Numbered from the stretch's first letter, positions 39,390-47,998 are shown. The stretch is 64,000 bases of DNA from Deltaproteobacteria bacterium (GCA_016183065.1 JACPFF010000006.1:107578-171577); one strand, 5' to 3'. Made by a program: numbers and translations. The notes: generated from the sequence alone by a model not told the origin.

Positions 39390-40946
39390 ATGAAACCGGT
39401 CGCATTGATCATTCTCGATGGATGGGGATGGCGCGAGGCCCGCGAGGCCAATACCGTGCGCCTTGCGCAGACCCCGAATTTTGACCGGTATTGGGCCACA
39501 TTTCCACAGACACTCCTGACGACCTCGGGTGCGGCCGTGGGGCTCCCCGACGGCGTCATGGGGAATTCCGAGGTCGGCCATCTCAACATCGGCGCGGGGC
39601 GGATCGTCTATCAAGATCTGACGCGCATCCATCGGGCGATTGCGTCGGGGGAGTTAAGAGATTCACCACGATTGCAGACGTTTTTTCAACAGGTCATGCA
39701 ATCGAAGGGGACGTTGCACGTCATGGGGCTTCTCTCCGATGGTGGCGTTCATAGTCACATCGATCACCTCTTGGCCTTGCTCGACTATGCAAAGGCCGCA
39801 GGGGTGCAGCGCGTGGTCCTCCATCCTTTTCTCGATGGTCGCGACACCTCGCCAACGGGTGGGGTCGAGTATCTGCGCACGCTCCAAACCGCGTGCGATC
39901 GCCTCGGCAATGCCCGGATCGGGACGCTCAGCGGGCGGTATTATGCCATGGACCGCGATCGTCGTTGGGACCGCACGGAGCGCGCCTACCGGGCCATTGC
40001 CGAGGGGATAGGGCCGAGAGTCACTGATCCGCACGGAGCCATGACACAATCGTATACCGGGCAGGTGACCGACGAATTCATCCCACCCATGGTCGTTGCG
40101 GTCGATGGAAAGCCGGTCGGACGTCTGACCGCCAAAGACTTCATCCTTTTCTTTAACTTTCGTGGCGACCGTGCCCGCCAGATTATTCGGGCAGTTGCTG
40201 ATGCAGAGTTCAACGAATTTCCACGCTCGGTCGTCCTCCCGACCGGGCAGGTCCTCTGCATGCGAAGCTACCACGATGACTTCACCTTTCCGATCCTTTT
40301 TCCCCCAGTGCTTTTGCACGATATTTTCGGTGAAGTCGTCAGTCGCGCCGGCATGCGGCAACTCCGTATTGCCGAGACCGAGAAATATGCCCACGTGACG
40401 TTCTTTTTCAATGGCGGTCGCGATCACGTGTCAGACGGGGAAGATCATTGCCTCATCCAATCGCCCAAGGAGGTGGCCACCTATGATCTGAAACCCGAGA
40501 TGAGTGCCGTGGAAGTGACCGACGTCGTGCTCGGTTGTATCGAGCGCGATGACTACGATGTCATCATTCTCAATTTTGCCAATCCCGATATGGTGGGACA
40601 CACCGGTGTCATCGACGCCGCTATCAGGGCCGTGGAGACCACCGACGCCTGCATGGGGCGTGTGGTGGAGGCCATTGTGGCGCGCGGCGGATGCGTGCTC
40701 GTCACGGCCGACCACGGCAATTGCGAGGAAATGCGTACGGCCGAGGGGAAACCCCATACGGCGCACACGACGAATCCCGTCCCCTGTATGCTGATCGGCG
40801 CACATGTTGAGAGATATCGGCTGCGCGACGGCGGGATCCTGGCCGACCTTGCGCCGACGCTCCTCACGTTGATGGGACTGGGTCAACCGGCGGCGATGAC
40901 GGGCCGATCTCTCTTGGTCGATCAAGAATCGGAGTGCGATGCGTGA
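39390..40946 (+). CDS. gpmI: 2,3-bisphosphoglycerate-independent phosphoglycerate mutase
   Basis: Start MKPVALIILDGWG at 39390 after GGAGGGAGGGGAG. GNSEVGHLNIGAGR and ADHGN motifs. Confidence 0.9.
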   Translation: MKPVALIILDGWGWREAREANTVRLAQTPNFDRYWATFPQTLLTTSGAAVGLPDGVMGNSEVGHLNIGAGRIVYQDLTRIHRAIASGELRDSPRLQTFFQQVMQSKGTLHVMGLLSDGGVHSHIDHLLALLDYAKAAGVQRVVLHPFLDGRDTSPTGGVEYLRTLQTACDRLGNARIGTLSGRYYAMDRDRRWDRTERAYRAIAEGIGPRVTDPHGAMTQSYTGQVTDEFIPPMVVAVDGKPVGRLTAKDFILFFNFRGDRARQIIRAVADAEFNEFPRSVVLPTGQVLCMRSYHDDFTFPILFPPVLLHDIFGEVVSRAGMRQLRIAETEKYAHVTFFFNGGRDHVSDGEDHCLIQSPKEVATYDLKPEMSAVEVTDVVLGCIERDDYDVIILNFANPDMVGHTGVIDAAIRAVETTDACMGRVVEAIVARGGCVLVTADHGNCEEMRTAEGKPHTAHTTNPVPCMLIGAHVERYRLRDGGILADLAPTLLTLMGLGQPAAMTGRSLLVDQESECDA

Positions 40947-41635
40947 AACGTTTTCCACGCAGGTGGCGACAATGGTGGCGTGTGGCGCAGACCTGGTGTG
41001 CGGACCTCTGCTATCCACGGCGGTGTTGTTGTTGTGATCAGGTCCTTGCAGCCGACCCGCTAGCCGTGCTCTGTTCATCGTGTTGCGCGGGGATTCAGTG
41101 GATCAATGGTCGCGTCACACGCGCGGCGTTTCCCGCGCCGAAATGGGAACGCCTGCTGGCGGTGAGTCGTTTCGATGGTCCGATCGTCGATGCCCTCCAT
41201 CGGTTGAAATATGAACGTCGCCTCGATCTGGCGCCCTCGCTGGCCCGCCTGATGATGCCACTGGTGTCGGCCCGCGGGGAGATCGATCTGATCGTCCCCG
41301 TGCCGCTTTCTGCCGAGCGGTTACGACAGCGCGGATATAATCAGGCACAACAGATCGCGCAGACTATCGGCGAGACGTGGCACTCTCCGGTCCGTACCGG
41401 CCTGCTGGTGCGCCGGCGGGCGACGCCGCCGCAGGTTGGGCTCTCATCGACCGCGCGGTTGGAGAATGTCCGCAATGCCTTTGCCCTCACGCCGCGCGGC
41501 ATCACCGTGGTGCCGAAGCAGCAAGTGCTCCTCCTCGACGATGTCATGACGACCGGCGCCACGTTGCACGAATGCGCGACCGTGCTCGTGCGGCACGGTG
41601 CGGTTGTGACGGCCATGGCCGTTGCCGTGGCATAG
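40934..41635 (+). CDS. comF: ComF family protein (phosphoribosyltransferase domain)
   Basis: GTG start. N-terminal Cys clusters, then YNQAQ and the PRTase motif VLLLDDVMTTGAT. Confidence 0.8.
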   Translation: MRCVKRFPRRWRQWWRVAQTWCADLCYPRRCCCCDQVLAADPLAVLCSSCCAGIQWINGRVTRAAFPAPKWERLLAVSRFDGPIVDALHRLKYERRLDLAPSLARLMMPLVSARGEIDLIVPVPLSAERLRQRGYNQAQQIAQTIGETWHSPVRTGLLVRRRATPPQVGLSSTARLENVRNAFALTPRGITVVPKQQVLLLDDVMTTGATLHECATVLVRHGAVVTAMAVAVA

Positions 41636-41638
41636 TGA

Positions 41639-41905
41639 CTATTGGAGGGGCTCACGTCGCCCCCCCAACGGGCAAAGCCCGTTGGGTCCCCCCCTCTCGC
41701 GCGCGGTGCGCGCTGGGGAACGGCTCCCACGGGGCTCACGGTCCCCGGACTCGGTCGTCGCCACTGCCCCCCCAACGGGCAAAGCCGGGTCAAGGCCCAG
41801 CTTTGCTGGGCCGCGAAGCAGAGTCGAAGACTTTGCGGAGTGTAATAGGTCCCCCCCCCTCTCGCGCGCGGTGCGGCTGGGTGGTAGGGCCCCACGTCCC
41901 AGGGA
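41639..41905 (+). repeat. GC-rich mosaic intergenic repeat, copy 4 (composite: full unit + linker + second unit carrying a 63-nt module)
   Basis: Starts 4 nt after the comF stop and ends 16 nt before the convergent Rieske gene stop. Contains hairpin CCCAACGGGCAAAGCCCGTTGGG (41664-41686). A second left arm at 41771 is followed by the 63-nt module (41787-41849). Confidence 0.85.
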
Positions 41906-41920
41906 CTGTCAGCATCGCGA

Positions 41921-42232
41921 TCAGTCATCGAGATGGATCCACACGCGGTCGTCTTCCACGGTCACGCGGAAGGTGCGGATGCGGCATGACGTGTCGCCGC
42001 GGAGGCATTGGCCGGTGCGGAGATCAAACATCCAACTATGGCCAGGGCACACGACCTGTTCTCCCTCCACGCGGCCACGACTGAAGGCATCGCCCGCATG
42101 GGGGCATCGATCCTTCACGGCAAAGAACGCTGTGCCGTGCCGAAACAGCGCGATGCGTACCTGCCGATAGTGGTGCACGGAGATGCTGTTGGTTGAAAAA
42201 TCCCCCACGCGACCGACGCACATTTTTGTCAT
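41921..42232 (-). CDS. Rieske [2Fe-2S] domain protein (NirD-like small subunit type)
   Basis: CPHAGDAF...VCPGHSWMFDLRTGQC Rieske motifs. The start at 42232 forms an ATGA overlap with the upstream gene. Confidence 0.65.
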   Translation of the reverse strand: MTKMCVGRVGDFSTNSISVHHYRQVRIALFRHGTAFFAVKDRCPHAGDAFSRGRVEGEQVVCPGHSWMFDLRTGQCLRGDTSCRIRTFRVTVEDDRVWIHLDD

Positions 42233-42621
42233 CCGCGACTCGATGCGCGTTCCTTTCGTCGGAGGAGATCGAGACAGGCCCCGCCCCACAGTACGAGGAG
42301 AGCAAGGCCGCCGATGAAGATCGATGTCCGATGCATGTTCCACGCCGTGCGCAATCCCGCCCATATGATGCCCGAGGTGGGCGCCATCGTTGAGAACATC
42401 ACGTCCATGCTCTGGCGGAGCGTGCGCGTGAATTGCGCCAGGGGATAGAGAAACGCCACGGTCGTGAGGGCCGCAATCAGACCGCCGAGTTGACGATGCC
42501 CGAGATGCCAGTGCCCCAGTCCAGGAAAGACGAGCAGCGTCAAGAGGAGTGCCGCGCGTCGTGAGCCTGATTTACGCGTTTTCACCGGCCTTCGCCTCCT
42601 CCCAGAGGGTGTTCCATTCAT
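42229..42621 (-). CDS. small integral membrane protein, unknown function
   Basis: Basic N-terminus followed by about 3 hydrophobic segments (AALLLTLLVFPGLGHW..., IAALTTVAFLY, IFIGGLALLVLWGGA). Start uncertain: ATG at 42621 or GTG at 42585. Overlaps the mazG 3' end. Confidence 0.5.
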   Translation of the reverse strand: MNGTPSGRRRRPVKTRKSGSRRAALLLTLLVFPGLGHWHLGHRQLGGLIAALTTVAFLYPLAQFTRTLRQSMDVMFSTMAPTSGIIWAGLRTAWNMHRTSIFIGGLALLVLWGGACLDLLRRKERASSRG

Positions 42622-43396
42622 CAGCAGAGAGGGATGCCGGTTCTCGCTGCATCGCCTGCAGGCGTTGTTCCATGGCCTGAAACCGCGTGGTAAAGCGGGT
42701 GTTCGCACGGCGGAGCGCCCCTTCCGGGTCGAGGTCCATCCAGCGGGCGACCTGGGCCAGTGCAAAAAGGAGATCGCCCAATTCGTCTTCACAGGCCGAC
42801 GAGTTGCCCGTTCCCTGCGATTGCCGAAGCTCCGTCACCTCTTCGATCACCTTGTCGAGCACGCCGTCGATCGTTCCCCAATCGAATTGTACGCGGCTCG
42901 CCTTTTGTCCCAAACGAAAGGCACGCAACAACGACGGAAGCTGCCGCGGAATCCCCTCCAGCATCGAGCGTCGCTCCGGCTTCTCCTCCCGCTTGATCGT
43001 TTCCCAGTGTGCAAGGACTTCGGCACTATCTTTGACCACGGTCTCATCAAAGACGTGCGGGTGGCGGCGGATCAGCTTCTCCGAGATTGCTTCGACGACA
43101 TCGGTGATGGTAAACGCGGCCGTCGTGTCGGCGACCAGTTGCGTCTGGAAGAGGACTTGGAGGAGGAGATCCCCCAGTTCCTCACAGACCGTGTGCGGCT
43201 CGGCATGATCGATGGCCTCTGCGGCCTCAAAGGCCTCTTCAAGGAGGTAGGGAAGTGCCGAGTGTGGGGTTTGTTCACGATCCCATGGACACCCCCCGGG
43301 GGCGCGGAGGCGCGCGACGATCTCTACGAGTCGGGTAAAGGCCTCTGCCGGGGTTGACATGGCGAGGGCCATAATCAACAGGGGCGGATCTGTCAA
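42572..43396 (-). CDS. mazG: nucleoside triphosphate pyrophosphohydrolase MazG
   Basis: 274 aa. The GGCPWDREQT motif and two MazG EEVxE-type halves are present. Confidence 0.85.
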   Translation of the reverse strand: MTDPPLLIMALAMSTPAEAFTRLVEIVARLRAPGGCPWDREQTPHSALPYLLEEAFEAAEAIDHAEPHTVCEELGDLLLQVLFQTQLVADTTAAFTITDVVEAISEKLIRRHPHVFDETVVKDSAEVLAHWETIKREEKPERRSMLEGIPRQLPSLLRAFRLGQKASRVQFDWGTIDGVLDKVIEEVTELRQSQGTGNSSACEDELGDLLFALAQVARWMDLDPEGALRRANTRFTTRFQAMEQRLQAMQREPASLSADEWNTLWEEAKAGENA

Positions 43397-43414
43397 TGGA
43401 ACCGCCTCGGTGCG

Positions 43415-45721
43415 CTACAGGATGAGGCTGCAGCCACCGCCATTTGCGGTCGGGGCGGCGGGTGGATCCGGTATTGGCTCCGGCTCCGTACCCGGATCGA
43501 TGGGTCCCTCCGGCGTTTGGGGGGTCGTGGGGTCGGGTGCCGTGAACGACGGCGCGTCGGCGATTGGATCAGCGCTGGTGAGGCCACCCTCCGGCTCGTC
43601 CGCTGCCAAGAGTAGCTCTTGCGCCGTCACCACGGGGTCATTGCCGACGTCTTCTTCCTCTCCAGGGACCCCGTCCTTCGGATAGGTATTGGTGATGATG
43701 TTCTCCAAGTTCGGAAAAATCGGTGCGGTGAACGACGGCACTTCGCCCGCCCGTTGATAGGAGAGTATGACGGCGGCGAAAGGCTCCGGGCCTCCGCCTC
43801 CTAGTGTCCAGATGTCACAAGAAATTTTGTCGGACTGGTACTCACAGGACGTCATCAGAGGGAAAAATTTTTGCTCAGGCCCATCGGTTCGACCATACGA
43901 CTGGAGACGCTCATGATCATTATCATCCAGATTCGTCCCCGTGGGGCGCGGCACACTGAAGACGAGATCTGCCCTTGTTATCTTTCCCGACTCTCCCGAG
44001 ACTTTCTGGGACACTGTTGGTGAAAACCCTCCCATGTCAATAGCCGGAGAACGTGCTATTCCCCCCCCCTTTGCGATCAGGGACGAGCCATGCTTTGACT
44101 CTGACGTGATCTGGTCGGCACGGAAGGTCAATCGACTGAAGACGGAGCTTATGTTTGACGTTCCGAATTGAGGCGGCGGCGCAAAAAACAGAATCCCCCC
44201 CTTGGCGTTCCCACCGACATAGATCTCCCCCTTGGGGTCCCAAGGATCGGCCGTCTGCGACCCCACCACATGAAACCCGTCGGCCCCTCCTGACACGTAG
44301 ATACCGTAGCCGGTGTTGTCGATGGCCGCACCACTCACCGCCACATTCTCTCCCGTGACGAGCATGCCATGGCCCACGGTCTTCGTCGTCCCGTTCTGGC
44401 TGGTGTGTAGATAGCGGAGTGCAACATTCGACCCGCTGACACAGAGACCGGTGGTGGGAAAGCTGTGGACCATGAGGCCTTCAATCGTCGTGTGATCCTG
44501 TGCAATCTCCACGGCACATTGATGATTGTCGGAATAATCTGCCGCGGGTCGCACGATGAGCCGCCGAATGCTGTCTCCCTGTTCGGGCAGGTCGATCGAC
44601 AAGGCGGCGGCGTTTTTGCTCTCAATGCGCAGTGGGTGATGTAGCTCGACGACGATCGGGGCGTTCGCACTCTCTAGAGGAGTGAGAGACTGGGCGGTCA
44701 CAAACTGCAAGACCGCGGCGTCCGCACAGGTCTTCAGGACGAGTTCAAGCTCCCATTGATCGATCTGCAACGTGTCTCCAACTTGAACCACAGTGACCCT
44801 GCAGGCGTGCTCGTCGTCAATATTCACCCGTGGAATCATTTTTTTCGCTGTCGCATTCCAATGACAATAATAATACTCGGCCGTGCCAAGGTCCTTATCC
44901 TCATCCTCAAATGGGAGCGAACATAACTGGGATTTCGTGACGAAGTCCCTCACACACGCCTTGAATCCGCCATCGCACAAGCCACTGACAACGGGCTGAC
45001 ACTCTTTGTTTGTGAGGTCCCATCCGTCGTTAGAGCGAACATAGCATTTCGCCTTCTGGGTCCTCTGACAAACAATGCCGATCGAATCGACGCGCTCCCC
45101 CGCGTGTCCGTAGACGCCTGTCATCACACTGCCAGATGGGCACTCTATACTGCTATCAGAAAGGTACGTAGGACCATCAGCGTCACACTCTGATTTTCCG
45201 ACGCTCTTCTTCGGAAATTCTATCCCATTACCGAAGGGCCATATCTGACCCAGAACCGGCTTCCCATTGCCAGTATAATCACATCGCTTCGCCCCAATAC
45301 CGGTGAAAAACTTCACACCCGTGTCGCTCGTAAGTGAGTATTTTTCTCCACCCTCCCCGCCCGTATCGCCGGGACCCGTGACGGGATACTCATACAGTAT
45401 TTGAACTCCCAGTGGGTTGAGCGGACTGCAATAGATACTGTCGATGCGATCAATATTATCGCCGGCGTGTACCGCTAACCCCGCGACCGCCATCGGCATA
45501 CCTTGGGGGCCGATCGGACACTTTCTGAAAAAGAGGGTCGGATCGCCGCCATCCGACCCGATGAGACACTCGGTGAAGGATCCCTTACAGGGGAATCCAT
45601 CAAGTATAGGAAAGACCTGCTCACCTAACACCTGATAGGCGTGACCTGCCGTTCCCCACAGGACCATAACCAGCCAACAGGCTATTGCTGTGCCCCGCCG
45701 TGTTATCGAAGCCGTCTTCAT
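43415..45721 (-). CDS. secreted Cys-rich orphan protein with beta-helix-like core, acidic/Pro-rich linker and GGGCSLIL C-terminus
   Basis: ORF 43415..45736. The ATG at 45721 follows GGAGGAGG. Signal peptide MKTASITRRGTAIACWLVMVLWGTAGHA. Duplicated HAG(D/E)..D.I..C motif. C-terminal PDPTTPQTPEGPIDPGTEPEPIPDPPAAPTANGGGCSLIL. Confidence 0.75.
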   Translation of the reverse strand: MKTASITRRGTAIACWLVMVLWGTAGHAYQVLGEQVFPILDGFPCKGSFTECLIGSDGGDPTLFFRKCPIGPQGMPMAVAGLAVHAGDNIDRIDSIYCSPLNPLGVQILYEYPVTGPGDTGGEGGEKYSLTSDTGVKFFTGIGAKRCDYTGNGKPVLGQIWPFGNGIEFPKKSVGKSECDADGPTYLSDSSIECPSGSVMTGVYGHAGERVDSIGIVCQRTQKAKCYVRSNDGWDLTNKECQPVVSGLCDGGFKACVRDFVTKSQLCSLPFEDEDKDLGTAEYYYCHWNATAKKMIPRVNIDDEHACRVTVVQVGDTLQIDQWELELVLKTCADAAVLQFVTAQSLTPLESANAPIVVELHHPLRIESKNAAALSIDLPEQGDSIRRLIVRPAADYSDNHQCAVEIAQDHTTIEGLMVHSFPTTGLCVSGSNVALRYLHTSQNGTTKTVGHGMLVTGENVAVSGAAIDNTGYGIYVSGGADGFHVVGSQTADPWDPKGEIYVGGNAKGGILFFAPPPQFGTSNISSVFSRLTFRADQITSESKHGSSLIAKGGGIARSPAIDMGGFSPTVSQKVSGESGKITRADLVFSVPRPTGTNLDDNDHERLQSYGRTDGPEQKFFPLMTSCEYQSDKISCDIWTLGGGGPEPFAAVILSYQRAGEVPSFTAPIFPNLENIITNTYPKDGVPGEEEDVGNDPVVTAQELLLAADEPEGGLTSADPIADAPSFTAPDPTTPQTPEGPIDPGTEPEPIPDPPAAPTANGGGCSLIL

Positions 45722-46188
45722 CACAACCTCCTCCATAGGCTCACGTGCCCCATGGCGTCATAAAAATCAGCAAATCCTATGCCAAGAGAAACAGACGCCG
45801 GATCGACACGTTATACGAACTCAATGGCCAGGCATGGGATATACGGACGCCAATGGCGGGAACTCAGGACCTCAGCCGGGATGTGGTGTGTCCACATAGG
45901 GAATGCAGGACTATCGAGCTATCGGGCGAACTATCGGGGACGTTTCTCCCCATCTCAAGGAACTACAATCACTATGGTTTCTGATGGTGCTGACGATTTT
46001 CATCTGTTGCAAACCCGGTCGCATGGGGCAAGCAGATCGAGGAGTGCATGGGGGGAGAACCGTCTTCGAGAACACTCGGCAACTTTTTTGCCACTTTTGC
46101 CCATCTCCTTGCTAAGAGCCTCCCGTGATCGATTTCCTTGCACTGAAACCGTTGGCGGGAGGGGTGAGCCTCTTGTCGGAGTGTTTGC

Positions 46189-46235
46189 GATCGCCGCCAC
46201 TGTCCCCCAACGGGCACCGCTGGTGGGGCCCCAAA
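46189..46235 (+). repeat. GC-rich mosaic repeat, copy 5 (fragment)
   Basis: GATCGCCGCCACTGTCCCCCAACGGGCACCGCTGG resembles the linker plus left hairpin arm of copy 4 (GGTCGTCGCCACTGCCCCCCCAACGGGCAAAGCC). Confidence 0.5.
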
Positions 46236-46240
46236 ATCCG

Positions 46241-47749
46241 CTACGTCGTGACTTCCCGATAGAGGCCCTCAGCGGCGTTTCTCCATAACCACTGCTCGAC
46301 TTGCCGCACGAAGGGGGACACGCGCAACTCCCATCGTTCGCACAACACACCGAGCCCACAGGTCATGAGGAGCGTGCGTTGTTGCTCCTGGCCCGGAGAC
46401 AAAGTGAATAGCATACCCCGCTGCTTCGCTTGGTAGACGAACTCAAACCAGGCCGTCGCCCCCCAGCCGGCGTCGACTTCCGCCATCCACTCGAGCGTGG
46501 GGATCATCGTGCTGACGCAGTCGTAGTACGCCCTCTTGGCATATTGATACAACTCGTCGGGGACCTGCAGGACAGCCATCGTCTTGATGATTTTGGGCAA
46601 CAGGTCTTGCTTCGACATCCCCTTTTGGATCAGTAGTTCCACCCGATCCTCCGGTTGAGGAATGGCCCATGGGAGAGCCCAACCGAGCTTTTTGAGTATA
46701 GTAGGGGTGGCATAGCTCATGGTGGTGGGTTGCACTATGGCGGAATCGTCGTGCAAACGAAAGGTCACCTGTCCCAGGTATTCCGGCCGCAGGAGGTGAT
46801 TGGCCAGCGAGGGAGCAATCAACCATGTGGCGCGAACCACTGCATGGACATCCTCAGCCGATCGCACATCTCCGGTCAACAGCCGTTGAATGCGTTGCGC
46901 CTCGTTTTCGGATACGAGGGCGAGTCGCCGTTTATGTGCATACATTCCCTGCGCCCAACGCCGAAAACGATCCACTTGCCGGTCGAATACCGTGATGGGC
47001 AAACCGGGACGCCGTCCTCGATCAGGGGGGCTCCACGGAGGCACCTCGGCGACAACATCAACAAATTGAGGCGCCTGCTTGCGGAAGGCACGACCGACGG
47101 CCTGCAGATCGTCCATTTTCATGAACGCGGAATATTGGGCCGCAACACCGGCCAATCCCTCGGTGCGCAAGAGATGGAAGAGGGCCAACTCCGTTGGGGT
47201 CAGCCGAAACAGATCCTGCATCTCGACCTGATCCATCTCCAACGCCACTTGAAAGAGAAAGGAGGCCCCGAACGCCGATTGCCAGGCAAACCGTTGCCAC
47301 AAGGCGGCCTCCACGGCATTCGCCGATGGCAGCATCTGTATCGGCGGAAGTTCGACTCCCGTCGGCAGGGGGACCCACGGGGCAATGACACGCAGCAGGT
47401 CGGCAAGGTAGACGCCCAGGGCCACACCGTCCGGAAGCACCAAGTACCTGCCGCCCGGACCATGGAAAAATTGCGGGGATGCCGCAGGTGTTCCGAATTG
47501 TATCGGAATCTGTTCTTCGGTGGCCCCTAACAAACGGGACACCACGGGGCACAGCATGGGGAGAAAGTCGCGCGCCGCAGCGAACGCCTCGATGATGTGT
47601 GCGGCAGTAGGGCCTTGGCGACCGACATTGCCCAAAAAAAGGTCTCTGCAAGTCTTCTCCGGCACGGGAGGGAGGTGCAGCGGGTCATAGTGTCCGTACC
47701 ACCAATTGCGCGCTACCGCGTTGCCGACGACCATAGCATCTTTTCCCAT
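46241..47749 (-). CDS. hypothetical cytoplasmic protein (502 aa), no recognisable domain
   Basis: Long ORF with protein-like composition. No signal peptide, TM segment or motif that I recognise. Confidence 0.65.
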   Translation of the reverse strand: MGKDAMVVGNAVARNWWYGHYDPLHLPPVPEKTCRDLFLGNVGRQGPTAAHIIEAFAAARDFLPMLCPVVSRLLGATEEQIPIQFGTPAASPQFFHGPGGRYLVLPDGVALGVYLADLLRVIAPWVPLPTGVELPPIQMLPSANAVEAALWQRFAWQSAFGASFLFQVALEMDQVEMQDLFRLTPTELALFHLLRTEGLAGVAAQYSAFMKMDDLQAVGRAFRKQAPQFVDVVAEVPPWSPPDRGRRPGLPITVFDRQVDRFRRWAQGMYAHKRRLALVSENEAQRIQRLLTGDVRSAEDVHAVVRATWLIAPSLANHLLRPEYLGQVTFRLHDDSAIVQPTTMSYATPTILKKLGWALPWAIPQPEDRVELLIQKGMSKQDLLPKIIKTMAVLQVPDELYQYAKRAYYDCVSTMIPTLEWMAEVDAGWGATAWFEFVYQAKQRGMLFTLSPGQEQQRTLLMTCGLGVLCERWELRVSPFVRQVEQWLWRNAAEGLYREVTT

Positions 47750-47862
47750 GCGTCAATGTGAGGGCGAAAGATCCCAACAATTGACTCTGCTGTAAATCTT
47801 GCACCGACCGAGACGACGACGACCACCGACCGAGACGACATAGTGAAACAATCTCGGAGCGC

Positions 47863-47877
47863 ATTGACAACTTGTCA
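47863..47877. promoter_or_regulatory. 15-bp palindrome TTGACAAcTTGTCAA in a divergent promoter region (candidate operator)
   Basis: Perfect inverted repeat read directly from the sequence. It lies between the 502-aa gene and the lipoprotein gene. Preceded by two copies of CACCGACCGAGACGAC (47801-47816, 47823-47838). Confidence 0.4.
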
Positions 47878-47998
47878 ACAATATTATTGACGCAACGCTT
47901 TCTTGCAACCATCGATGTCGTCTTGGCAGGAGGGCCGTAGTGAGGAGGGGCGATTTTTTTCGTGCAGAGCGGGGGATAGAGTTGCTACACTGACAGTT

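Noticed and set aside
41622-42170. ORFs running through repeat copies that give recurring peptides such as LEGLTSPPQRAKPVGSPPLARGARWG (also 13372-13659, 34737-35114, 41642-41845, 56181-56561)
   Set aside because: The same DNA occurs in both orientations and in different frames relative to its neighbours, with indels between copies. The recurrence reflects the DNA repeat, not a protein family.
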